Assembly (NCBI GenBank): GCA_964016885.1
Contig: OZ024742.1
Coordinates: 99,138,001-99,202,000 of the forward strand
Length of the DNA stretch: 64,000 bases
Direction: 5' to 3'
From: Eledone cirrhosa
Taxonomy: Eukaryota
Positions 41,126 to 55,310 of this stretch are shown here, piece by piece. Made by a program: the position numbers and the translations under genes. The notes beneath the pieces were generated by a model that saw only the letters and a list, made by a program, of their open reading frames with translations, was not told where the DNA came from and made no database searches. Positions within the stretch are counted from its first letter, which is position 1; every line of letters begins with the position of its first letter.

Positions 41126-42862
41126 GCTTATGTTTACTTTGTTATTGTTATTTAGAGCAAAGTCAGCTCTGATCAAGGAGATATATGGTGAAAATCTAAT
41201 CCAACAACGATCATTCCAAATAGTTATACAAAGATAGCAGATCTACTGCTAAATATACTAGTGTGTGACTCTCAGAAAACTTAGCTGCTATATCACGCCG
41301 TTAAATGATAGCATAGATGCTTTCTCGTTGATTCGTTCAAGTTCTCCTGGATAGAATGCCAGCCTATCAATCAATTTTCTTATATCTCCACAACTCAGAT
41401 ACATAGGATTTGCATCTCACCTACAGACAATAGAAAGTTAGGTATGAAAGTGTGGGAAGACTGTGTGATTATGTGAGAGATTTGTTTAATCCTAATTAAT
41501 ATACCTGCGAGAATTCATTAGGCATGATAAAATTATTTTATCGAAATAATTACTTTTGAAAATTGAATTGCGTTATTAGGTTGGGAATAATAATTGACTA
41601 GTTATAATTAGTCTTTTCGGAAATTTCCAGTTATAATTACAACTGAAAATTTCCGAAAAGATATATGATTTTAAAAATAAGAATTGTAAAGATAAATTTG
41701 AGAAGTTATTTAAACATGTAAACGTATGAATGACAACAAGAAAACAAAAAGAATATTTGTATATAAAAGAGGTCTGAGAGAGATAAAAAATGGGACAGGT
41801 CTACAGCTTGTCTGGAGGATATATCTGAACCGTACCCTGCAGACAAGATCGTAAAAGCGTTGCTGTGTTTAAATCCAACGATATCCGATACATCAGCCAT
41901 TCCACCTCGATGGGATTCTTCCACGGCTACGAGACCACCGTCATGATTTGAGGATTAGAATTGTAATTGAAATCTCATTAGACAGTTTAGATGATTAACA
42001 TCTCGACTTTAGATGGGAACCACATTTTTAGTTGGATGACGTACTCCGTCAACTGGTCGAACCCCAGTTTCCTTGCCCTTTGCGATTTTAGTAGAATGCA
42101 TTCGGTTACCTGCATTCAGGTCGGGTCTCAGGATTGAGAATCCCTTCCTTCCTCCTTCTCTGATTTAATTGTAACATTAAAAAAACAGAAAATTGCTCTT
42201 TAATTACAGGGAACGATAGCTATCCAAGTAGAGGCAAATATAATTTGATAGTAATATGAATTTTATTTTAATTTAAAAGCTAGTTGGTTTGAAGAGTCAT
42301 CCAATGCTTCTCAATAGTTATCGAATAAATCAATAAAATATAAACTGGTTTAAGATCAAGTCACTTTCCAAATAAATACAACTCTGAAACTAATGTTTCA
42401 CAGTAGTACTTACTTCCACACACAAACGCAGATCAAGTCGTTTTTGAAATAATCCTGTCTCCGTTTTCCAGTTTCAAATACAAAGCGCATGTATATCCAA
42501 GGCTATGATAAAGTGACATCCCTTCGATACAGCGCATTATTCTCCGATCTGTGACTTTATAAATGTTAACCGAACAATCCATATATTAATTGGGGAAATT
42601 ATCGATTATATCAAAGGCAGTAATTAGCTTGTAGATGATATATTAGCTAAAAAGTACAAAGAATGATGAATAAACTCGAACTAAATACTGGAAGTATATG
42701 TTGTACATGTATCTACGGATTCCACAAACGTCAATGCTACCACTAGTACCCTCACCAGAATATTATATATATTACTATAGATGCCGGAACTACTTTACGC
42801 CAGAGAGATTGTATATATTTATACCCCCCCCCCCACACACACACACATACATACGTACATAC

Positions 42863-42899
<37 letters not shown>

Positions 42900-42901
<2 letters not shown>

Positions 42902-43261
42902 AATGAGCGGAACAATTAACCATTAAACAATCTTTTAAATAATTTAAAATACGATTTAAGTATTCGCCTGTTCTAATGCTGTGACCGACGGTTTCGCTCA
43001 TCAAAATATTGGAAATTCAGAGAATTTCCAATGGAAAGAATCAGCTCTTCAGACAGCTATTTCCATACCACAGGGCACAAAACCCATGTAATAGTAAATA
43101 TATCGCTTTCTGCCCAAATAGCTGTCTGAAAAGCTGATTCTCTGAATTTCCAATCTTTTGATAAGCGAAACCGTAGGTCACAGCACTGGAACAGGCGAAT
43201 ATTTAAATCGTATTTTAATTTATTTAAAAGATTGTTTAATGTTTACTTGTTCCACTCATTT
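42900..43261. mobile_element. Fold-back HHR-bearing element (arms about 42900-43060 and 43116-43261)
   Basis: Inverted arms; intact HHR in the left arm (minus); the right copy has CUGAAAA and a stem II deletion. Confidence 0.85.
42978..43057 (-). ncRNA. Type I hammerhead ribozyme
   Basis: GCUGU-CUGAAGA-GCU...(auuggaaauuc/gaauuuccaau)...AGC-GAAA-CCGUCGG-UC-ACAGC; GUC site. Confidence 0.85.
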
Positions 43262-43431
43262 TTATAAATCTGGTATCTCAAATTAGTACCATTGAACAAC
43301 AACTGTTATAGACACCATGTATATTTCCGTGGGTACTTAGTACCTACTGGCATATCTATATCATATATATATATATACGTATATATATTTGTTTTGCGAG
43401 GTTTTTGATATGAAATCGTGTGTCGAAACAA

Positions 43432-43818
43432 ATATTGTTATACTTGGGGAGGGTCATATTGTTGTAATAATATTGCCAGAATTAATAACAGAACACATTC
43501 ACTGTTTAGTTGATCTTCGCTTCTGTATCTTTTATATCAGCTAATTTATTCGGTCCTCAATGTTTACCATTGACTGACCAATGGTCAAAAATACAGATAT
43601 AATATAGACACAAACATGTTAGACTATATATATGTGTTTGTGTCTATATTATATCTGTATTTTTGACAGTTGGTCAGTCAATGGTAAACATTGAGGATCG
43701 AATAAATTAACTGATATAAAAAATACAAAAGCGAAAACCAACCAAACTGGGAGTGTGTTGTGTTATTAATTCTGGCAATATTATTACAACAATATGACCC
43801 TCCCCAAGTATAACAATA
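43432..43818. repeat. Fold-back element (arms about 185 bp), terminus shared with 19258 and 30076
   Basis: atattgttatacttggggagggtca... mirrored; short central spacer near 43616-43632. Confidence 0.85.
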
Positions 43819-43831
43819 TGTATATATTCAA

Positions 43832-43925
<94 letters not shown>

Positions 43926-46380
43926 CACTCCGGCAAAAGGAATAAATATCTATCCCGACAAATACATTGACATCATCCTATTTAAATTTCCTCTTAGACG
44001 TAATACTAATGTTAGGCCAAACATTAACAAATCAGAAATGTCTGCACTTAAACATATACACAATGATAAAACAATAATAATTAAATAAGCAGATAAAGGA
44101 GGTGCTGTTGTTATAAGGGATGCTGAATACTACAAAGATTTGGTTGAGGAACAACTGAAAGACACAACATTCTATCATGAAATACCGTCAAATATAGACC
44201 ACAACATCATGAAGAAGATCAACAACCTGGCTTCAAAATACCACAACTCACTTACTGATAAGGAAGGAGACTACATCACCAATTTTGAGCCAAACCCCAG
44301 CAACCTTTTATAGCCTACCGAAAGTTCATAAGTCAAAAGAAATACAACTGGCAGTAAAAGAACAAAACAGTGAGTACATTAAATTACTACACCCAAAAGA
44401 CTTAAAACTTAGACCTATTATAGCTGGTCCAACATGCCCCACCCACCGTCTAAGCAATTTTGTTGACATTATTTTGAAACCACTATGTATTCAGATACCC
44501 AGTTTCATCCGGGATGATATCCACTTCCTGTCCCTTCTTCCCAAAACCACGGAAACGAATTCACTTCTACTTAATTTTGATGTGGTAAGCCTTTACACCA
44601 ACATTACACATGATTTAAGAATAAAGGCGGTTTGATTTAGGAATAAAGGCAGTTAAATACTGGGTTGAAAAACATAGAGAAAGTATTCCCACCAGATTCA
44701 CAGCGCCATTTATATTAGATGCAGTCAAACTTATTCTGGAAACAACACTTTCTTCTTCAATGGAAAGAATTACATCCAAATTAGAGGCACAGCGATGGGA
44801 ACGAAGTTCGGTCCCGTTTACGCGAACTCTGTAATGGGATACTTAGAACAACAACTCTACCAAGAAATAGTGGAAACGTATAGCACTGACTTTAGAAAGT
44901 ACATTGACAAATCTTGGAAGAGATACCTTGACGACTGTTTCATCATCTGGACAGATTCTCTAGATAATCTGGATGAGTTCAATATCCCCCTGAATAACCT
45001 ACACCCATCTCTCCAATTCACAAAAGAGGTGAGTAGTACCAAATTACCATTCCTAGATATAATGGTAATCAAAAACGACACCACCATTACCGCGGATATA
45101 TATTATAAACACACAGACACCCATCAATATCTGCATTTTAAGTCGTGCCATCCACCTCATACAAAAGGCAACATCCCATGCTGCCTAGCCAGAAGAATTT
45201 GTACCATTGTAGAAGATACGAATACCAGGAACAAACGCCTAACCGAACTAAGAGAATTTTTGCTCAAACATACCCATTCCTACTTATAGAAAATGGCATA
45301 CAGCGGCCTATAAAAATACCTATACAACAACTTAGGACAACCCAAGGAAGAAGAAACCAAGAACTATAATGACACACAACCCATGTCACCAGAATGTCTT
45401 CAACACTGCCAAAGCAAACCTACCGATCATTGCTCAAAGTAATGAATTAAAAGGCTTAATCACAGACCGATCTTTGACACTTAGTAAAAGACAGCCGAAA
45501 AATTTGAAGCAATTACTAACAAAAGCAAAGTTTGACCTTAACAACAAATACCAATCATTCACTGTATCTAAATGCAATGATAGTCGATGTGGCACATCTC
45601 ACTCCATACACAACGTTCAATATATGAACACAAAAACTGGAAAAATGTTCCCAAATGCAAAAATGAACTGCAAAAGCAGAAATCTAATTTACTGCATTAA
45701 ATGCCCGAATTGTGACGAACTATATGTCGGTCAAACTGGAAATGCACTATCGGAACGTGCACGGGTGCACCGACAGCAAATCAGAGACACAAATGTCCGT
45801 CAGCTACCCGTCAGTAACCATCTAGCAACATGTCAGAGAGTATTTATAATATTTCCATTCTACAAATTACACAGCCCAAGAGAAATCAAGAGAAAAATCA
45901 AAGAAAAGAATGTTATTGATAAATTTCAACCCAAGCTAAATGATCAATAATAATGGGGTATTACTCCTACTATGACTATGACTACGAACATGTCGACTAC
46001 TACCACTAACAACAACAACAACAACAATAATAATAATAAAAGGGATGTTGATGGTGATGATTACTAGAAAATGCTATTTTTATCATTTCTAAAAATAGCA
46101 AAACAATTGATGCTTTGGATAGGGTCAAATAGTAGTCGGTAAACATGCTCAACCAACCGTGACGCCTAAACCAATCAGCTTTAGTAATCCAGTGAAACTA
46201 CTCACCGATTGATCGAAATACAGTTTCCAGAAAATAGCATTCTGTAGCCACTTTTCACTGTATATAGGGCACAAAATTTACCCATCTCACTACAGTTGAA
46301 AATTGCAAACTTGACTGTCACCACAGAATATGAACCTGAAGATTGCGAAAGCATGAAAGTACTTGTTCAATTAACATTAT
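43926..46380 (+). mobile_element. Penelope-like element (Neptune-like), frameshifted, with HHR-bearing 3' pLTR, in (TA)n
   Basis: ADKGGAVVI, FYSLPKVHK, LRPII, FDVVSLYTNI, GTAMGTK, KRYLDD, LPFLDI, YYKHTD, KCNDSRC, NLIYCIKCPNCDELYVGQTG (ORFs 44285-44635, 44795-45289, 45369-45950). Confidence 0.92.
46331..46369 (+). ncRNA. Minimal type I hammerhead at PLE 3' end
   Basis: UGAAC-CUGAAGA-UUGC-GAAA-GCAU-GAAA-GUAC-UU-GUUCA; palindromic AGUACU stem III; about 10 nt from the (TA)n junction. Confidence 0.85.
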
Positions 46381-46400
46381 ATATACGTATATATACACAG

Positions 46401-46452
<52 letters not shown>

Positions 46453-46562
46453 ATATACATATATATATGTGTGTGTGTATAAATATATAAATCTCTCTGG
46501 CGTAAAGTGGTTCCGGCATCTATAGTAATATATATAAAATTCTGGTGAGGTTACTAGTGGTA

Positions 46563-46619
<57 letters not shown>

Positions 46620-46623
<4 letters not shown>

Positions 46624-47137
46624 GGTCGTTTTGGAAGCCTCAACAATGCAAATGGGTAAATCTCCGGTTAACAGAATCCGGTGGTTAAAAGAGAGATGTA
46701 AAAGTAAATGTAAAATGAGATGTATAGTGTGTAGAGAAACGTAGGAAAGAGCGAAAAAAATATAAAAAATAACACGAGATAGAGTTACCTTGGGAGAGAT
46801 TTAATTGTCCCTATATTTCGGATTTCGCATCCATCTACTGGGGGGTTTTCCGAGGGGGGAAGTTATCTGTCATAGAGAAACATTACGTGGCCTCTGTTGT
46901 CCGCCGTTCGTGTATAACAGAGACATTCTGTAGAGCGCATGTGCGTGGGGAATAGGTGCTGTCAAGCAAAGGTCGATGCACCCCTCTTTATTGTGGGAGA
47001 GGGATGGTGCTAGCTGTCAATCTATTGTACTACCTATATTCATTCTTTGTTACTAGCAGTGTAGTAGTCTCTCTGGTCGCTTTCTGGTCGGTGGATGGTG
47101 GGGGCGCTATACACACAATAACAATCGTTCGACTGCC

Positions 47138-47186
<49 letters not shown>

Positions 47187-48905
47187 GCTGTTGGCTCGTT
47201 TGTTTATATCAGCCACCTCGTCTCGCTTCTCTCGGATCGGTTATTTATTTGTGGTCCTAGGCGTGTCATCCAAAGTGCTTCCTTCAATCGTAACGTGCCG
47301 ACGTTGCGATCTGTCGCTATCACCGTGACAATGGGCCTTCCATCTTTGTTTCCGCATTTGGTTATGTGTTTCCGGAAAGACGAGGCCCTGGTGTTGATGT
47401 GCTCCTTCATCCGGATATGTAGCGTCCGGATTGTGCTACCGATATAGTACTGGTTGCACTTATCACATTCTACCCTTTATACAACGTATGTGCGTAAGCA
47501 ACAGTTCGTTTGGTGCATCGGACAGTTTCTGAGGGAACACGCGTCAGTCGATTTCCCGGGTTTCCTGGAGAGGCATATCCGTAGGGAGGGGCCCGAATGG
47601 GCCAGGTGAATGTCGAGGCCCACTCTCCGTATAGCCATGCGGATAGCGTTGGTGGTTTTCACGCCCAGGTGCGGGATTTTAAGGAACCACTTGCCTTGGG
47701 TGTTTTCTCTGCCTCTTCCGTCTGGTGTCTCTTACTCTGTTTGTAAGCGAGGCTGGTATCCGTTCGTCTCCAGCACCCTGAGGAACCGCTTGGTATGGGT
47801 GACACCACTCACGGGATCGCTACATCTGTTTTTAATTCGCGTGATCTCGTTCGTGATGTACCCTCTTTTAGTACTGTTAGGGAGGGCAGACTTGTAGTGG
47901 ACGAACAAGTCCCTGCGGGCTGCCTTGCGGTAGAAGTTGGTGTGGATCTCTCCCTGCTCCGTGATGTTGATTCGGAAGTCGAGGAGGGCAAGGGGCCCGT
48001 CGCCGTTGGGGTGTTCAACACTGAACTCAATATTCTTATCCGTGTTGTTGAACGTCTCATAAATTCCGCTCGCCATCTCCTGGAAAGATGTGAGGATGAG
48101 GATGTCGTTCACGTACCTTGAGAAAAAGGTGACGGCGTTAGGGTGGCAGATGTTGATTGCCTTGCGCTCGACTCTGTCCATGTACGAGATCGCTAGCACA
48201 CTCTACAGACTTGAGCCAAATGGGCAGCCCCGAGGTTTGCCGGTATGTTTGGTCGGAAAACCGAAATACGTGTTGTTAACGACGACGGATAGGAGCTGGT
48301 GGATGTCAGTGGGGGTGAGCCCGAAACAGTGTAGGTCGGTAGATTAAACGGGTTCCATCAGTATATCAACGGCGGGGAGCGCCGGGACCGAGGTGGAAAG
48401 AGCGACCACATCAACGCTGAAGGGATACCTGTTAGCCTTTCTGGTATCGGGATCCATTTGGTGCAGGCGCTCCAACACCTCCTCGGAGCTGTTTACGTGT
48501 CCCGGCAAAAGGTGTCTAGTATGGGTTTAAGTATTCTGGCTAGGAGCCATGAAATTTTGTAGAGCGGTCCTTCCACGCTCGATACATTAGTTCTGATATT
48601 CAGGTCGGGTCCATGTTTGTGTGTTTTCACAAGGTGATAGAAGGCGGGTAGTCTGCTGTTCCTCGTGAGGAAGTTGTATTTGAGCTTCTTCGGGAGCTTC
48701 CGCCGGTCACAGTTGTTGGTCCAGGCGGCGTTGATGTGCTCCTCGATCTGCGCGGGAATAATTCCTGTGACTTTGGAGTAGATGTTGCCATCGTCAAGGT
48801 GTTGGAAGGCCAGGGTGTTGTAGGCCTCTCTGCTGATGACGCAGAATTATTTTCCCTTGTCGGAGGGGAGGTAGATGAGGTTCCTCGATTTCAGGTTGGA
48901 GAGAG
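46620..48905 (-). mobile_element. Penelope-like element family A, copy 2 (more 5' sequence, frameshifted)
   Basis: ORFs 47732-48199, 47477-47662 and 47204-47410 closely match 11774-12928; upstream LPSDKG motif near 48855-48875; pLTR end gaggcttccaaa..gac shared with copy 1. Confidence 0.92.
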
Positions 48906-49538
48906 TGGTGAGTTGAGATTTAGTGAGGTTGTGTGTTGTGCGATTGTGTGTGTGTGTGTGTTATCACGAACCAAATTGTAATTATAGAAAAAGTTAAGTT
49001 TTCGTGAATGTTTTTGGCAGATTAAACAGCATAATATTAGATAATTATTCTTTAACATCCTCTGGCTTTTATAATGACTAGCATGTAGGAGACTCATGCA
49101 GAAACATCATTATTTCTCTCTCTCTCTCTTTCCATCTGTCCCTCTCTCTCTCTCTCTCTCTTCTGTATATAATATTGGTTTATAGAATTCTCTTGGCCTT
49201 TGTCACTCTAAGTAGAGCTTTAAAGAATTACCTTTTAAAGAATCTCCCTTTTCTTTAAATCCATCAACCATGACCGACCTCCAACCATCTTATGGACACC
49301 TGAAATATAGGCATTGTTAGCTTAAGAGAAACTTAAAAATAAGGAGTGGCACCCCAATCTGAAATTGTTTATAGAATTCTTTCTGCTTTTGTCACTCTAA
49401 ATATAAATTATAGCCTTAAAGAATTAGCTTTTAATGAATTCCCTTTTCTTTAACCAATGACCTCCACCCATCCCACTACCCACCCTCTCGTACCACTTGA
49501 AAAGATATAAATACCACAACATTTATTTTTGGAAAGCC

Positions 49539-49589
49539 AGATTCCTGATGATTTCTAAAGAATGAAACAGTTCTAGTCCTGTAGAATCT
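49539..49589 (+). ncRNA. Type I hammerhead ribozyme
   Basis: AGAUUC-CUGAUGA-UUUCUAAAGAAU-GAAA-CAG(uucuaguc)CUG-UA-GAAUCU; 6-bp stem I; self-contained stem III. Confidence 0.88.
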
Positions 49590-49733
49590 CATCTATATTA
49601 AAACTTTTATACTCTGCTATGTACTGTGCACCTTACTTACTGTGGTTACCTCCGATTCAACCGGAATAACGTATATATATATATATATACGTATATATAG
49701 AGAGCGAGAGGGAGAGAGGGGGAGAGAGAGAGA

Positions 49734-49797
<64 letters not shown>

Positions 49798-50959
49798 GAA
49801 ACAGAGAAACAGACAGATAGACAGAGAGAGAATGAACGATGTGTTTATACATGTATGTATACAAAATATTAGCCGATTGCACGTCATAAATAATTGTTTC
49901 TACATTTGGCACAACGCCAGCAATTACCCATTGCCATTACTGGTACTTTATTTTATCGACCCATGTCTGTGGAAACTCAAATCATTTGTTTTGAAGTTTC
50001 CAGGAAGTGGTGAACAAATTCGCCAGCTTCAGCATTAAACCGTCAGAAGTAAAGAGTAAAAGAGTAAATATATATATACATACACACATACATATACATA
50101 CATATACCCGCATATGTATATGTATATATATATATACACAGTCTGAAAGACCATAGGTCATTATTGAAAATCTCTGGAATTGGCAAAATACATAATATTT
50201 TTTTATTGGAGAAGGTAAGATATGTTTCGTCAAAAATTTGATTGCACTGTTTTGTTTCCACTTCTTATATATACTTTGAAAATATTATTTATTCATTATA
50301 AAAATTAAATGAGAACATTCTATATGTAGGTGGGCCCCCATTCATCTCCTGGCAACCAATATTTTTAGACCCAGTCCGCCACTGGGAATGTGGTTAAAAT
50401 TTATTTTAAAAAATCGCTGGACAGATATTAGAGACAAGCCTATTAACACCTGGTCGACCAGTAACAAAACTTTTGAATAACATCCATGTGCTCAATTTAT
50501 GTATCTAGCCCGTTCATTTCGAGACATTGTACCCGCAACTTTTCCTGGAATTTGTGAGTGAAAAATAAGGTTTACTATATCTACAGCCACCATCTATACT
50601 ACCACTAAATCAACAGCCCATATTATTAGCACTAAAGCACCTAACATTTTAAACGTTGATGTTTCATATGTATCTTTTTTATTTCCTTCGATATTTGTTT
50701 TCCAACCAGATTTTCTTTTAACATATTTATGGTTTATTGGATGAAACCTTTGCTACGTTGTTAAGAACTACGTGTCACGATGATGAAGCACCAATTTCGA
50801 TCCTATTGGGTGTCATCGTGGATAAGATTCTTTATCAAAGCCCTGAAACGACGATGGATTTTGAGTGAAATTTTGTAGACGTCTCCTGCATCGAATGAGC
50901 TTTGTTACATAATATCTGACACGTTGATTCGACCTTGGTGTTACGTTAAGAATTCAAGC

Positions 50960-51212
50960 CTGGCCGGTGCTACCATATAAACAAACTAGGCAGCCGCCTA
51001 CGGCACTGATTTCAGGGGGGGAGGGGGCATTTCACCAAATCAACAACAATTTTCAGAAAGAAATGAAGAAAGAAATTTCAGTTTTATTGAGGGACTTATC
51101 TTTATCCTGGTTTATTTATTGTTTATAAATTTTGAAATTGATATGTTCATGGGGAGGGGTTGAGGCGGCTGAATATAACCTTGCCTAGGGTGCCAGACTG
51201 GCAGTAGACCTG
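50960..51212. mobile_element. Possible non-autonomous DNA transposon (MITE, hAT-like) remnant
   Basis: ggccggtgctacc...actaggcagccgcctacggcac and ttgcctagggtgccag subterminal motifs; TIRs degenerate. Confidence 0.4.
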
Positions 51213-52410
51213 AATACTAGTGTCTGTGGAAACTGGAATATTTATCACCTGACACATTAATCTACGAGGAAGATCTTCAGCTGATCAACTAACTGATTAG
51301 TCATCCTCGAAGGCGACGACTGATGCAACGTTCTTATACAAACTCACATTCCTTCCATACACACATACAAATTTAGAGTTTGGGTACTGAGGATGGTCGG
51401 TGGTGGGATCGATTTCTAGGAAATAATCGACAGAGAATATGTACTCCTCAGTTGGTCCCTATTGGAAAATAAAACTTGTGTATTGTGCTTCATGGTTGAG
51501 TGGTCGGCGACGGAATCGGCTCCTCCACAAGAACTTTCTTGTGAGGGGGTAAGTAGAACTCGATCAGAACAATAATCAAGACACTAAAACCCAGGGGATG
51601 GGGGTATCCAACAGGTAGGGGAATACCCTCGATTGGATTGGATGTTCTGTTTACGTATTTGGGAAGTTTTACGCAGAGAGGATGACAATTAAAAGAGACA
51701 GTTTAAATGTATGCGCTTAATTGATGGTTGTATGAATTTTATTGCTTCAGATATGAATTGATTTTGTATTAGCTATAGTTGTACGAGAGTATTTGGTAGT
51801 CTGTGTATACTGAGCGTTTGCTAATAAGTCATATGATCCGAGACATGGAACAGAAAACAGTATGAACAGCAATAGAACAATGTGATAGGCATTGAGATTT
51901 GTAAAAGAATATCAGCAGTCGATTCGAGCTGAACTTGACTGGGGTCCTGAATTACAAGTAAATAGTTTTTCAAAAGAAAAATTAAACACTAGTCTTGTAG
52001 GACCACCCAATAAATTAAACGGGGGAGTTTATCTTTCTGTGTGCATATGTGTGTGCATACGTGTATATATATATATGTTATGTATGTATAAAGTATACCG
52101 TTAAATACACTTTTCATGATGAAGTTTTTCATACTTGTTTGTGAATAACAAATATACACTTAAAATGCTATGAGTTCAACGTTCTACAATCACAGGTATG
52201 CTGTAATTTAACCGGGCTAGAACTATGCTTAGTTGTGTGATACTAGTAACAAAAATATTGAAAAGTATTTGAAACTATTATTAAATGAAACTGAACTTAA
52301 CAGAAGCAACAATATCAAAACCAGTTACATCACAGGTTTTCATGTTGATACTAACCATATTTCGATTCCATTTCACTCCCAACTGGGTTTAATACAGGAC
52401 TCATACACAC

Positions 52411-52461
<51 letters not shown>

Positions 52462-52481
52462 GCACTTATGCACTTATATAT

Positions 52482-52527
<46 letters not shown>

Positions 52528-52530
52528 AGA

Positions 52531-52577
<47 letters not shown>

Positions 52578-54899
52578 GCACACTCACGTATATATGTACA
52601 CAGTAGTGTGCCTATATATGAATATATATAAACTTTATTTAAATACAAAAATGCTTTTCTCTGCTTTTGACATTTCGATTAAAATGTACCAAAATATAAT
52701 AATGGAGATAATAATGATGAAAGCGACGATAGTGATGATGCTGTTGAAAGAGAATGATGATAATGATGATGATAATAGTCAGAAGAAATACTTTTTTTCT
52801 TAAATAACTGTGAACTATTCATAAGTTTAGTGGATTTTGTTTGTATTACTAGCTGCTGTTGCAGCTATTGTTGTCTCCGCCATAGTCGTCCATGGTACAG
52901 TTGTTGCTATTACTGATGTTGTCGTCTCTATTATTCATTCAAAACCAAACTAAATAGTTTTGTAATTGGAATATTGCAAGTTACCTAGTTTTTCTTTATT
53001 TCTTTATACCAGAATACCCCATAGAAATCCTTCCTTCTCATTACAATAAAACAACTACAGCAACAGAAACATCAACAGTGATAATCATGATAAAACTTCA
53101 CCTGTGACTGACAGCGTTTTACCTTTTTATGCCTTAATTTTCTCGTTTAAAAAAAAAAGAATTTTTCTCTCTGCAATTCAATTTATTATTTTTACCCTGC
53201 TGCCATTTTTTGTCATCCCACTACTATGTAGTACGTTTAATTATTTAGTTTTCATACTTATCAAACTTGTAGCTGCTGTTGTTGTTGATGCTGTTGTTGT
53301 TGTTGTTGTTGTTGTTGTCAGTTGTAATATTATTATTATTATTAGTAGTAGTAGTAGTAGTAGTAGTCGTCATCATCATCATCAACATCTTTGTAAATAC
53401 TTCATACGTATTTCTTATAATTATGTCTAATGTACTGTGTGGTGTAAGCGGCCCATAATCTACTTGAATTCTGATGGGTTTCTGTTTTCCATCCACTCAT
53501 TGATAATGGTGATATAGATTCGAAGTTAAACCAATTTGGGGATCGATTGTTGTTGATGCCGTTGTTTTTTCCCCGTAGTAATTGCTTTGTTGTAGTGTGA
53601 GATTTAGGCATTGTTCTTGTATTTGCTGGTGATGTATATAAGAAGAGACAATAGATTGGTATAAAACAACAGCGAGCTGGCCTTAGTTCTGATTGTATAG
53701 TGCCAAGAGTTCAAATGATGATGCGAAATATAAATATTTCATATATTTAACATAACACGTTTAACTCTCGGTCTTTAGACTAGAAAGGTTCATGATACTT
53801 TTTCATAAAATACATTAATATACAAAATTACAAGAAGGAAGGATATAAATATTCATTGTTATTTGTAAGTGTTTGATATCTTTCTATTGTGTTATGTTTC
53901 TAGACACAACAGTTAGACAGAGAAGGGCAGTATCTATGAGATTTTTATGACTTTCCAGATTTATGAAATTGGTGCTGGTTATCTGCAGTGCAATGTTTAC
54001 ACTGACCCGAATGTTAGAAACGGATTGAACTATGTTAAAGGTACTTTAGGATGAAGTGATTTTGTTAAAATTTATAGGATGTTACACAACCTGAGCTTCT
54101 CCGAAAGCTTGCAACAAAAGAATATCTGCTAAAGACCATGTGGCGCTGTTAAAGTCGATGGTGTCCTAGACTTTCCATCAAGATAATCTTTGGTACGCTG
54201 AATGCTTGTCACATAACGTACTCTGTTAAATATATTTTAATTACCACGTCAGATTATTAAAGCGGACAGTGAATTAGGTTTATCATCTAGGGATTCCGAA
54301 CAGTATCTGCCTACAGAAATTTCACTCGAATGAGTGAAACATCTGAGGCTAGATTAAAATTAGTTGACCAATGCAACAGGAAACCATGTGGTTGCGAAGC
54401 GAACTCTCTAGCCACATAACCAAACCTATATTCATGACATATTTGTAAAACGTTTATGATATACCTTTACCCACACACATACATACACATACACATATAT
54501 ATACGTGTGTGTGTATGTATGCGTGTCAGTGATTATGTTCACAGCATTTGACATTATGGCATTTTCAAAGTGTAGAGAATACGTGGCAATTACAGCTAAA
54601 TTAACCAAGAATCTCTGGATATGGCAGGTAACTACTCAAATCTCAATCTTATATTTATATACAAAGTAAATATGAAACATATGCTACTTGCTTCAAAAGT
54701 TTACCGAGTTGAATGAGTTACTTCTCAATTGAAACAGTCTGGAATGGAATATTCTACAAGCAACCAACTAAAATAACTTATAAATTACAGTGCAAAATTA
54801 TATCTTATAGCCTTCAGAAAATTTTTTGAATTATGAAATTATTAATAAAAACATAAAGGTCGAGGAAAATTAGTCTTTGTTTATATGCAAACGAGTATA

Positions 54900-55310
54900 A
54901 GTCATAGCAGGTTTCACTCAAACCATGCTCGTCTCACTCGTTCACTTTTCAACAAATTTGCTGGAAGGCTGCACTTCACTCTCCACCACCCGCAATATCC
55001 TTTTCAATTGAAACTTGAAAAGTTTAGCTCGCTTGGCCAAAGAGGAATGTGTCTCTCTTCAGCACTTTCAAAATCGTCCACCACACAAACTCTTTCACAA
55101 TGGGCACCAAAGAGATATAACCTTCATGCCCTCACTGTCAAGCAACCTGCCTCTTTCTTCGCTTGCAGATTTTCCAAATAGATGAGCAGGGGAAAGATAG
55201 GACTGACAAACGGTGACAACACCTGTTCTCAGACAATGAAATGCTGGAGTTGTCGCATCGTCGTCGGGGCATGACTGCACATCATCAGCCAGGGTATAAA
55301 GGTAGGGATA
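54900..55310 (-). mobile_element. Decayed 3' fragment of Tx1-type LINE
   Basis: aacttgaaaagttt...ttggccaaa...tcttcag..ctttcaa..tcgtccacca.acaa aligns with 8098-8190. Confidence 0.6.

Larger units (their letters stand above)
42734..46566. repeat. ~90-bp inverted repeat pair (42734-42824 / 46477-46566) enclosing nested insertions
   Basis: atgctaccactagta...cgccagagagatt versus its reverse complement; the adjacent microsatellites also mirror. Confidence 0.8.

Noticed and set aside
41790-42160. Possible small minus-strand exon (cag|AGAAGG...GCAG|gtaacc) and neighbouring ORF
   Set aside because: Splice-like dinucleotides only, with no recognisable product; cannot be supported without transcript data.
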